Below are positions 13,108 to 24,067 of a stretch of DNA of 64,000 nucleotides, one piece after another. Every line of letters begins with the position of its first letter. Positions within the stretch are counted from its first letter, which is position 1. The notes under the pieces are model-generated. The model searched no databases. It saw only the letters and a list, made by a program, of their open reading frames with translations, and had not been told where the DNA came from. The stretch is taken from the NCBI GenBank assembly GCA_964187785.1, contig OZ076409.1:25112001-25176000 (forward strand), in the 5' to 3' direction. The translations under genes and the position numbers were made by a program. This stretch comes from Amphiscolops sp. MND2022. Taxonomy: Eukaryota.

Positions 13108-13980
13108 TTTTAGTCGGCGCTTTCTGAAGAAAAGAACCGACTATATCAGTTGTTTTTCTTCGAACCGGCGATCTGACAGATTCCTACAAGCAATTCTATA
13201 ATTTAGTTAGTCACACAGTAATTTGGCCCAGTGGTCGAAGCGGATTTCCGGTTTTTCCTGTTCGGGTGGCGAGGTCCACGAGGTCCACGGGGTCCACGTG
13301 GCAGGAGTACGGGATTCGAGTCTCTCATTGAAATAAAGTTATTTTTGCTTGCAAAAGTAGATGAGAGACCAAAGTGTCTTCACTTGGGTTTTCTTTCGGA
13401 AATTTGGAAATTTTTATCTGATTTTTTCCCATCGATATCCCCTCAATGGATTTTTAGCAGAAAAAAAAGCGTTTTGCGGGCATAGAGGACCAATTTGATT
13501 TTTTTGGTACTATCCGACTTACCGAAGAAAAGAAAATTGGAAAAAAATTCAAAATATTTTCAGTTTTTTAGTTTTTGAGGTTCTCCGTAAAAGAAGATTG
13601 TGACCTCGTTTTAATAGTGACCTCGTTAACTTTTTTGGTCCGTGGAACGGATGAGAGTTTTTCAATATTTGTGAAATTGACCTACGGTTTCCTCGGCACT
13701 GCGCGACCTTTCTCCGAAAAAAAATTTCATCAGGCAGAGAGAATCCCTTCACTTTCCTAATTGTTTTCGGCTTGAAAAAAAGCGTTTGGCGAGCTTCAAG
13801 CTCCTTTCTCGTCACTATGAGACTTTTTGCCGATGTTTTGAGTGTTATGGGTGTCCCTTTGGGTATTTTCCGGCACTGTAAATTCGATAAAATTTTCACA
13901 ATAATGTGTCTTTGTATATTTAATAATCTTGGTTTTTGAATCTTGAGCAGGGTGCCGACTTGGGAAAATCCCGGCTTCTA
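13108..13980 (+). mobile_element. Helentron/DINE-1-like element (family A)
   Basis: TTTTAGTCGGCGC 5' subterminal repeat with inner CCGACT partner. Degenerate 3' end GTGCCGACTTGGG...CCCGGCTT. Confidence 0.6.
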
Positions 13981-15215
13981 TAAACTAGAATTATTTTTAT
14001 GGGGACCATGCACATCGGTATACTCAGTACTCGTCGTGGAGAAAGCGGCATAGGGCCAAGAAAGAAAAACTAAAAAACTTTACTGAAATATTTTATGAAG
14101 GGGTTCGGTCTAGAATGTGCTACAAGTTGCACCCCTCTCGTGCAGTGTCAATGAACGATGCCCCTTCAAACGAAGGGAGCCCAAAAGCCTTCATCTTTTC
14201 ATTGAAGATTTGGAGTTTCTTGAAAATTTCTTCCAGAAGAAGTTTTCTTCAAACTTTCAGGACTTTGCGCTTTCTGCCTGGGATTTTCTCGGATCGTTTT
14301 GAGTGGACTAGTTTTTATTCACCCGAAAAGAGAAACCTTCAAACGAAAGCTTTGGAAGAAAAAACTTTCAACATCTCAATGGTTTTTGGAGATCAGATAT
14401 TGAAAATAATTCATGGCGATTTTACCAAAGAGTCTCCTCATCAACGGAAAGGCATTTATTTTTGGCACACTGTTTGATTGTTTCCAGAAAATGTTTGTTT
14501 TTATTACCCTAGTTTTTTAACAATTGAAGCTTGAACATGTCCAATTTTTCAGAAAAAGCGTCTTGTAAGAGTATATGAAAGTATCGCAGTGCACTTCTTA
14601 CGTTGTTTCGGTATCATTTTGCCACTCTGTTTTGTTGCCATTTTGTTTCCATTGGCTTGGGCCAGCAGAAGTTAAGATTTTGAGACGAAGTTTCCTCAGA
14701 TGATCAGAGTGACGTAGCTGCTTCTGCGGCAGAACTATCATTTGTTACCGTTTTGAAGCTACGTCATCAGAACCAGTGATGAGAAGGCACAAGTCTGGGG
14801 CCATTATTGTTTCTACTTTACATCAACGATATAACGAAATGTGATATCAACTGCAAGTTCTGCCCCAACTTGAAATTAATGTTAGTAGGAGCATGACCAC
14901 AAGGTTGCAGAGGAATTATTCATTACTACTGGCTAGAGGACGTACGTTAATTAAAAGATAATGCCTTCAAAATGCAATTGGCAAATGTTACAACTGGTTA
15001 AATTAATTCAATCTTTACCATGTGACATGCATTTGATGACCAAATCACAAACACATACGTATATGAAAAACTAGAAAGACTCTACATCGTTGACAATTTT
15101 CAAACTTTTTTCTAAGTATCTCCGTGTTCCATGCATCGATGTCTCGTAAAAGAATGCCTTTTAGTTGATTCTCCGGAGTGTGAACACAAAGAGCTACTAA
15201 GCTCATTTCTCATCC

Positions 15216-15220
<5 letters not shown>

Positions 15221-15259
<39 letters not shown>

Positions 15260-15270
15260 ATATATATATA
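15221..15270. repeat. (TA)n microsatellite
   Basis: Direct observation. Confidence 0.98.
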
Positions 15271-15432
15271 GTGATTCATTACTTGATATGTTTTGCTTTT
15301 AACATCCAAAGAAATTAAACTTCCAACTTTCAACAATTCAACTAGTAGATAGAGGACCTCCAAGATAAGAAAGCCAGGAAATGAGACTATTTAGTGGTCC
15401 CTAGGAAGCACTTCTAATTCATTGGAATGCAA

Positions 15433-15810
15433 GGGAGCATGATGTAGTGTTAAGAAAGCTTAGTGTAGTGGTTTGAACATTCGAACAGTAATGGGGCGCT
15501 ATCAGGTTCGAATCTCTCTCAAGGCACCATTATTAGAACTTTTTTCAGTCATTCATCCATAGTTTCGTGGTATGATCAGTGAAAAAAATGACACAAAACT
15601 GTAGAAAAACCAAATTGAAAAAAACACCGGTGTGAGCAGTCAAAACTTTGTGACCCTGAGCTAGTCACTTTTAAACCGCATGTTCAAGCCGATCATCGCT
15701 GGACCACTTGGCTGCAAATAGGGTACCATAGCTTGCCTGGGGAGAAAAACAGAACTGCTTATTTGCCATGGCGTCCGCCCCGCGGAGTTGGGGAAACAAA
15801 AATTTCTTAC
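15433..15810 (+). mobile_element. tRNA-derived SINE (decayed copy)
   Basis: GGGAGCATG head with A-box-like and GGTTCGAATC B-box-like motifs. The body is homologous to 48285-48660. Confidence 0.75.
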
Positions 15811-16404
15811 TTTACCGCTCGCATTAAAACCTCTCTGAAAAACCACATTGTAATAGTGGCTAGGGAGACAAAAGCTAGTGTATGTAATTCTTATCGATAA
15901 CTTCTTACTTTTTCATCACATACATAAAATTACTTAAAAATATTTAAAACTTCGCACAAAAATACGTAGCTGATTGTGTGAATTTCAAGTTGAGATGTTA
16001 TCAAAATGGAGTGAAATGGATTGTTTTAGGTTTCGTTGAAATTTAATTCTGTTGAAATCATTAAAGTAAAAACTTCGTTATTATAACGGGAGGTAGAATA
16101 GAAAGAAAGCACATAATTGCTCATTTTAAATCATGCTCGGTCAGGTGAACCTCAATGTAGAAATTCGACAAAATACTGAAGATTTGGACTTTCTGTGTTG
16201 CTCGTTCTAGCATTTTTAATTACTTGCTCGTGGTTTTTGCTCGATTGAAAATTAGCTTGCTCGTGTGCACTCGTATAGTTTTTTTTCTGGAAATTTCAAA
16301 ACTTTTTCTCGGAAATATCGAATTAGTCCCCAAAAAACCTAAAAATGTGATATCGGGTTATTTTACTGAAGTTTGTTTTGCTGAAGCTGGAAAGTGACCA
16401 TTAT

Positions 16405-17121
16405 CTATTGCGTCCTCATATTACTTGGATAAAATGTTACTATGAAAACCCGCAAATTTGTATAGAAATGTTTTAAAAATACTTGAAGAAGTAGTAACGC
16501 AGCATGAAAACTTCTCTGAACAGCTCTCAAACACTTAATAAATTTATCTTGCAACCTAAAAAAGCATGTAATGTAAGAACCATGACCCATGGTATCTCTT
16601 AAGTCACCTACAGATCTTGAATCTTTCTTTGCAATTTTTATTTTAGGCCCGGGTGCGCTTTCCCTGTTCTCCTGACTATTTGGGGACGAACTGGCCTCAG
16701 TGTCCCTGTGTCCCATAGAAGACATCGAGTTCGCAATATTCTGGATTTCTGGAATAACTCTTTCAGCTATAGCTGTTGTTATAGCCCTATTTATTTGGCT
16801 ATGCATTATTGACACCATAGATTCCATTTCTTGAGACAATCTAAGATTAAACTCACTTGAAAAGGCCTCAAAGGATTGCCTGACTTCATTTTGCCTCAAA
16901 GGTTCATTTTCATGTAAGTAATCTCTAAACTCATTTTCATGGTACACGTTTGTATCAGCGTCCCCGTGGGCCGACGACTGATCTATCGCTTCGGCTAGTT
17001 CTCTTTCAATGGGATTATTATTTTCATTTCCCAACATCACGTCTAGGTTATCATAGTCGGACAGCATGTCCATTTCTCTAGATCTCCTAGCTTTGGCCTT
17101 TTGACGTCTAGTAGAAGGCAT
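16405..17121 (-). CDS. 3'-LTR copy of the Gag N-terminus reading out into flanking DNA (238 aa chimeric ORF)
   Basis: The first 183 codons are identical to 30845-30297. The remainder is host flank. Expression is unknown. Confidence 0.4.
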   Translation of the reverse strand: MPSTRRQKAKARRSREMDMLSDYDNLDVMLGNENNNPIERELAEAIDQSSAHGDADTNVYHENEFRDYLHENEPLRQNEVRQSFEAFSSEFNLRLSQEMESMVSIMHSQINRAITTAIAERVIPEIQNIANSMSSMGHRDTEASSSPNSQENRESAPGPKIKIAKKDSRSVGDLRDTMGHGSYITCFFRLQDKFIKCLRAVQRSFHAALLLLQVFLKHFYTNLRVFIVTFYPSNMRTQ

Positions 17122-18100
17122 AAGAGATTATTGCAAGAGGCAAGAATTTAAATTAATATCTCGGGCTTGCAAAGTGAAAATGAACGGGTAGTTTTAATAA
17201 ACAATTCGCAACAGTAACGCAACAGTAACGTATCAAAGTATCATCAGGATAATTCTGTCCCCGGGACCACCAGTCCCGGTTATATATATTTGAATCTACA
17301 TGACACTCAATAAAATGATGATCATATTCTAAAAATAGCCATAAGGACTTTCTAAATATAGCCAAACGCTATAAATAGTAACTAGCATCATCGTGACGTT
17401 ATACACATCAAAGGGCCTTCCGACCGCTAGAGTAGGCGGGAAGCCTGTGAGTCCATAAGGACAAGCAATAATATAAAATAGAACACTGTACATGTTTTTC
17501 AACTCAACGCTTATTGCATGAATTATATGAATTGCACCCACAATACATATCTAATATCGTTCATGAGTCCCTTAGGGGCTAATAGTACATTTCATAAATA
17601 ATCAAAACACTAGTGATCATGTAGTCAGTACCAATAATTATACAGCGCTTTTAATTCAAAAGTGGACTCAGTGTCCAATGTACTAGAGCGGACTACCGCT
17701 TTGTTGACTGGCGGCATATAGCCATCCAGTCCTTTAATCTACTGATATAGTATAGCAGCAAATAAAGATAAATAATACTGCACTGTGATTGGCTGACGAG
17801 TTAATCGGACTCGCGGACCAAGGCGACAGGCGAGGAAACATTTGAACGCGTTTCCTTTACATGTACGCCTTGGTGTCCAATTAACTCACATACATATTAT
17901 TAGCGCCTGTACTATAATTTTACTTGTGATTACTTAGTATAAATCGTATAAAATAAAATATAAGATTTTACATGACTTTTAAGGCAACAAATATAGTTTT
18001 GCTTGTAAGACTTAATTCAGTGGGAGGGTGTTGGGCTGCGCCTTCTTGTAGTTGTGACTAATTGAATAGAGATTTCCATCACAGGCGGACGCCTGGGACA
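16572..18100 (-). repeat. 3' LTR
   Basis: Direct repeat of 30296-31824 with TG...CA ends, preceded by the PPT. Confidence 0.97.
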
Positions 18101-18851
18101 CTCCCCCTGGAATGAGCATAAAACATCCCACCTTCATTCCTTCTAGGAAGGCTAGCCTTCTTGCGTTGAATTGAAGGGCCGATTCTCCTTGGATGGTTGT
18201 TTTATGAAGGTAGTCGATGACTGCCTCGTCTTGAATCTGTTCGACTGATTTTCCGCAGACGAGGCAGTCTGTACATCCTGAGATGTAGGGGTTATCTGCG
18301 CCACTTGGTCCCCTGAAGTGTATTCCGTTGGCATGTTCTTGTTTGCTACTAGTAGTGGCTTCCGCTGCTATTCTCCAGTCGCCTGACGGATATTTGTCGA
18401 CGGCTGGGGGAGACATAGGCGTGTCGACCATAGGGATTAGCTGGCTACACAAATTGATTGGGTGGTCATTCCTTAGTCGCGGGTCTCTCGCAATCGGCCC
18501 TCTGCCCATTCCCAAGTCAAAATAGCCAGCATCGAACATAGGCCCAGGGACGTACGCTAGTCTGGGAGTCGCTGCGCGTGTCACTTCCTGCTTATTGGCA
18601 GAGGAAGGGATGGGAATTGCTTCTGATGTCGATGGAAGCTCCATCTGTCTCTCCACACATTGAGCCAGGAGGGCCATCTCATCGTCCTCAGACAGGCTTT
18701 CTAGGTCGTCAACAGATGCGCTGCTGACACATTCCATGTCGTCGTCCGATGATATGTATATTATTCCGTCTCCGGGCGCTGCCCCCTGAAAGTCCTCGGG
18801 GTAATATTGAGGAGACTCACAGTCGAAGTGACTTGACAAGAATTTATCCAT
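18012..18851 (-). CDS. Accessory sense ORF (about 279 aa from ATG MDKFLSS...), unknown function, overlapping the PPT and 3' LTR
   Basis: Open frame in GC-richer sequence with an acidic N-terminus and a CTDCLVC motif. It ends 89 nt inside the LTR. Confidence 0.75.
   Translation of the reverse strand: MDKFLSSHFDCESPQYYPEDFQGAAPGDGIIYISSDDDMECVSSASVDDLESLSEDDEMALLAQCVERQMELPSTSEAIPIPSSANKQEVTRAATPRLAYVPGPMFDAGYFDLGMGRGPIARDPRLRNDHPINLCSQLIPMVDTPMSPPAVDKYPSGDWRIAAEATTSSKQEHANGIHFRGPSGADNPYISGCTDCLVCGKSVEQIQDEAVIDYLHKTTIQGESALQFNARRLAFLEGMKVGCFMLIPGGVSQASACDGNLYSISHNYKKAQPNTLPLN
18101..18108 (-). promoter_or_regulatory. Polypurine tract (AGGGGGAG)
   Basis: Purine run immediately before the TG of the 3' LTR. 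Confidence 0.85.
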
Positions 18852-20134
18852 GATCAGTTTTTTAGCTATCTTGGACAATTGACTGAAAGGTTTTAAATCT
18901 TGAGTTTTGAGAAGCTGCTGATTTTCAAAAGTGAAACTGAAACAATGGCGGTTTCCCCTTCTGTCGACTTGCGGGAGTTTTCGTTTCAGTTTCCCGGGGT
19001 TTCTCCCTTCCTTGCTGACTAAATTTTCAATAACAAAATTCCTTCTTTCTAGAGTCTATTAACTAGCCGCTCAGTCTTCTTTGAAAATGCCGACCGAGGC
19101 TTTGTTGACTTACATTAACTCTATCAACACTTCCATATTAAGAGCGTCACTTTGAGTGTTTATTAACACTCATCTAGCACTTAAGGGTTTCAAGAGGATG
19201 AAGATATGGCAGACGGCTACGCCGTCTATCAGCAGTTTTGATCAACCAATAGGATTGCAGCATAACCCTCTCTGAATAAAAATGGCTCCCCAAGGCCGTA
19301 GATCCATATAAGGAATAATATAAATGACCTTGAAAATGAATAAAATCATGGTAAAATCATGAAATAATTTGTAAAATAACAAAGTTTCGAAATAAATGAA
19401 TGAATGTAGATATTGCTGGCAGACTCCATCCACATAATAATACGAATTGTAAATAACTAAATTTGACACCAAATTGTACAGCCACGAACTCCAATTTTGA
19501 CATCTTGTCACATTGCCAATTCACCTTTTAATTCTTTACTTTCAAATTCCTTCGAATTACTCTTCTTGTATTATCGTCCAGTATTTAACCATCTTTAGTC
19601 TTTAGTCTTTGAGTAGTATTTTCTTTGTATTTGTTTGAAGTTTCCATTTGTAATCTCTCTCCTTTACGTCTTTTGTGGATTTCTTGGGTCGTCCCAGGAC
19701 CATCGACACTGAGTCCCTTTCGGCAATTCCTGCCATATTCACTATTCTCGCCTTCTTCCGAAGAAGAATTTGCTCCCCCCAAGCGGCAACTATTGCACAG
19801 ACATTAAACAGATTCACTGACGCTTCCGCTGACAATTCCATCTGTCTCCAAATTCTAAGACAGCCAGTCAACTTGCCATCAGCAGTTTTGCACACAGGAC
19901 ACACTTCTACCAGAATCAGTCAGGTGAGTAGCAATTTAGGATTTTCGCTTCTAATCTTGATAATGAATTAATCTGAGGCTTGATCAGGGCTCTCGTTTCA
20001 TTCACGTACTTCCTGTCCCATAACTCAAGCATTCACTCGAGTTCAAAATATCTACTCCCGGAAGATTTTTAAACGCGGTAATGGACTCTTTTTCAGGAAG
20101 TTATCCGCCTGAGTTTATCTCTTTCCATTTAGAC

Positions 20135-23100
20135 ATGTCGTCAGAAGAGCAAAGTGAAGCTGTCCCTGCTACTACCACAGAACCGCAAATCGAAGAAGAG
20201 GTCTCGCAAAGCCATGAAAAGGCAACAGCTAGTCAGGCCATCTCAGGTCACGGGGACGTTGAGTCCGCACACATTGAGCTGCCAGGCGATAATCCAGCTA
20301 CGACCGTCCCAACGCCCAGTCCATCCACTGACGAAAGTATCTCTGCATATATCGAACGCCAGCTGCAAACTCTCGGTTGCCAGGGCAGTGGACTCGGCAT
20401 TTCCTTCCTGCCTCCTACTACATCTGCCATCGTAAACAAGTCGCTCCCAACTGCTGCTGAGAAGGTCTCTGAGTCGGACCCTATTCTACAGGTCACGGGT
20501 GAGACCAGCAATAAAGGGTCTGCTGAAGAATATGCCGATCCGATGACTGACGTCCACAGCGAGGCGGGTATTTCCGCTACCAAGGTGGATTATTTTCAAA
20601 CTGATACCAGCGACGCCGAAGAATTGCAGGACAGTTCAGGAGCAGAAACTCTTAAAGAATCCCCTTTCCTAATCGCCATGGAAAATTTGAGCGCCACCGG
20701 GTCAGAAGTTCCTAAAGAGGCTGGACTGACCTCCTCTGCAGGGTTGCCAGATGTCACGTCCCCAAAACTCCTTAGTCCCACACGGCCTTTGTCTGCATCT
20801 GCGCGTACTCTCATCAATCAGCATTTCACGGAGACTAATCCGAGTATCCTTCCAGTGGGCCATGCGACAGTAGCCTTCAACCAGGGGCAGGTGCACTCTA
20901 TTTTGCGTGCTGTGTCCACTGAGACTCTCACTTCTTGTTTTCATCAAATGAAGAACATCTTAGAGGAGGCAATTCGTGTGGGTCGTTCCCAAAGTACCCA
21001 TCAGGGTCCCGCCAAACAACGCATCAAGTGCTTCCGAAAGAAGTCCGATAGCCCTGAGTTAGAAGGTCAGGATAGTGACATTGGTACCGAGGGGTACACC
21101 AGTGGAGCCCTCAGTTCAGAAGATGAGTTTGTCATCAACTCCCAGAGAACCGGCAAGGAATTGAGTATCGTGCCTCCCCCAAGTCCTCCTGGCCAAGATT
21201 CTCCCTGCACTACTGATCCCACTATTAGCCACCAAGTCCCCAGTCCAGGATTCTGTTCCACGGACTATGAGCCGTTGGCTACCCTGACTGCTGATCAAGC
21301 TTCCGCCTCCAGTCCACCACGCAAGCGTCGTCGGGTTCCAGGACGAAGCGGCAAAATAATGAAGGAGGCATATTTCAAAGGAATTCAATGGACTCGGACC
21401 TTTGTCACTGGGCCGCTCGATCCTGAGCACAATAAACATAAGTTTTATTGTCAGATTTGTAAGGCCAATGTGTCAATTTTCTCAAAAGGCGCCCGAGAGA
21501 TTACCCGACATTTCCAGTGTGAGTCCCACTTTCGTAAGGATCAGCGCTGGAGATATGAGAATTTGAAGAAAAAGGACAGTGTCACTGGGCGAATCGTCCA
21601 TGAGGTCAGGGGAAAGAAAGGTCAAATCCTTACTCCCTTAGAACTAGAGAGGGAGAAACCCTTCTTCATGCAGGCCCCTTTAGTTGAGATGGGATGCAGT
21701 TATCCGTTCTACGAGGACCATATGGCTGGTTTGGGTTCCATTGCTGGGCAAGAGGAAATCAGACTGTGTGTACAGATCTCATTGGTCGCCCTCTTTGCTC
21801 CTCGCTGCGGAGATCTGCACGTCCTCGAGTCACTGTGGTCACAAATTTGAACTGTGACCAACCACCAGAGTCTGTTCTCCCCTTATAATTGGGGCTCCAC
21901 AACATTGACAGTAAGTATCAACTATTTTCAACCTCGAGGTCTTTCCAGACTATTATGGACGGGGTATATTTTCATCCATGCTAATTTGTTTCGGACGATC
22001 TTCCATCACATCTTCCTCTGTGGCATCTCTGACATCGCGTATCAGGTCAATGCCACAGGCCAGTACTCCTTGGAATTCGAGACGCAAGGTACTTATAGCT
22101 TCGTGTCGATCCGTTTCTGGAAAGGCGAGTCCCTCAATGTTGTCCGGCTGCTGCGCTATCGAACTGCCTCAGAGCCTGCTGCGAGCTTCTTGCTAGCCCT
22201 CTCTCGACTCTTGTCTGCAATATCTGCACAGCCACAAATTGTGAGTGTGTCTGGGTGTCCAGCAGAGCTGATCCCGCTTCTTGAGCGTTCCTGTTTCTTC
22301 CAGAAGGGGATTGAATATCCCTTCAGATTTGATGCTCTGTCCTTGCCGAGCATGATGCATGAACGTTGGGGCAGCGTGTTTGGATCCATCAGTTTCTTCT
22401 CCCAGTTGAAGTTTCTGATCACCTTCTTGGATGGCTGCAGTGGACAACCTTGGGCTGCCTTAATGCCGGAATTTGTCAGGGTATGGTCAATGTCTCACCG
22501 CCTGTAGGTCCAGTTGTAGGTTGATTCTAATTTTCATGTTGTTTGTAGGCTATGACAACTTGCCATTTGGATATTGCTGCAGTGCCAACAGGCAGAATTA
22601 GGCATCCACAAGTAGAAATTTGTCATAGAGGGTTCACAGGTGTTATATGTACCCTCCAGGACAATTGAGCATTCTGTATTTCAGAAGAGCTTCGAGAGTC
22701 AATTCGCACAACGAAGGGACAGTGGCTTCTATACCTTCCGCGAGTTCCACACCTTCATCAGAAAGTTGGCAGCACGGGCACTACTTCCTAGACATGTGCC
22801 AGAGATTTTAGACTGGAAAGCCCTAGACGACATGCAAGGACAGAACTGGCGACAACTGTCCAACCGAGATTTCCTGACTCGCTTAAAGCTGAAAGAGAAT
22901 CTTGATGGGGCTTGTCTCGCTCGTGTCAAGAAGATTCATAGTGAAAAACAGCTGACACCTGAGGAGACAAAAATTGCAGTTGAAGCCATCCGGGACGATT
23001 TCGCTACCAAAGCTCGCAATTATCTCGTCTACCTTCTGAAAGTCTTCTTGTCGGATATCAGTCTGAATGCAGGTATTGTCAGAGGTTTGGGTTGTTTCGA

Positions 23101-23830
23101 CCCAATGGCCCTCTTGTGTCTTCCTCTTGATCAAGCCACCTATTGCTTTTCAGCATTGTATCGATCCTTCAGTCTGCGAGGATGGTTGGAAAATTCCCCA
23201 GCGGCTGATGTCCGCGATGAGTACATTGACTTTTTAGAGTACTTCCGCCAGTTGAATTCCGGGGCCAAAGATACCCCTGAGGTCTTTACTGACATGGTAG
23301 CCACCCTGATAGAAATGCCTGGGCTGAAGATGCGTAAACATTTGTTCCACATCTTCCAATTGAGTTGTTTGTGCCTTACAACTAAGTTGCCAGAGCTCCC
23401 AGCTGTCAAATTCCCCGGAGTTGATTGTAGTGAACCCCGAAGTCGGCTGTTCGAAGTCATCATGCCCGCACAGTCATACCTCGCTAATGTTGCTAGTGCA
23501 GTGTCAGTGTGTACTACAGAAGCTTCTTTGGGTACTTTCAAAGATCTGGAGTTTCGGTTTTGTAGCGGGAATGTCTCAGGGGACCCCTGGTCTCATGTAG
23601 ATAGTTTCAACAGGGCCAACATTCACAAAACTTTGATTGCTGTCTACAAGGCTTTGGGCAGCAGTGTCCCACCTGACGCTGAGTGCGCTTCAAATTCTTC
23701 ATCCAAAGAAGGGAGGAAGCAACGCAAACAGTCTCCCAATAAGGGCAAGAAAGTTTGTTTCAAGGTCGCTAGCGGATCTGAGGCCACTGAGTCTGGTGAT
23801 GTAAACGCTCCCGGTACCTCTAAATCCTAA
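20135..23830 (+). CDS. Antisense multi-exon accessory gene (about 1156 aa; exons about 20135-21910, 21995-22480, 22549-22611, 22685-23830), C2H2/BED-like zinc finger; this copy has an in-frame TGA
   Basis: Three long ORFs joined by short phase-0 introns (GTAAGT, GTATGG and GTAGAA donors; CTAAT branch motifs in the first two). Candidate 5' UTR intron 19924-20132, AATAAA at about 24009. TGA at 21848-21850, and the first acceptor reads CGG. Confidence 0.75.
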
Positions 23831-24067
23831 ATGTACAAAGAGTACATTTGTTTCTAGACTCTGTAATTGTTGTAAACTGCTTTGTATTTATTTCTTTTTT
23901 CTTTGCTTTATTTGCGTGGCCCTGTATTATTGGCCACTGAGTCTGTTTTGTTGTATATATATGTTTCAAGTAAAAAGTAAAAGATTAGTCAGAGTAGTCC
24001 CAAGTAAAAATAAATGTCCCCATGGACTAGTAGAGAAATAAAGGGACTGGTAATTCAAGTTTTCTGG

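Noticed and set aside
18012..18878. env gene in the position after pol
   Set aside because: No signal peptide, furin site or transmembrane helix is visible in either accessory protein.
19585..19971. Short ORFs in the accessory intergenic region
   Set aside because: They have 100 codons or fewer, mostly non-ATG starts, overlap on both strands and show no recognisable motifs.
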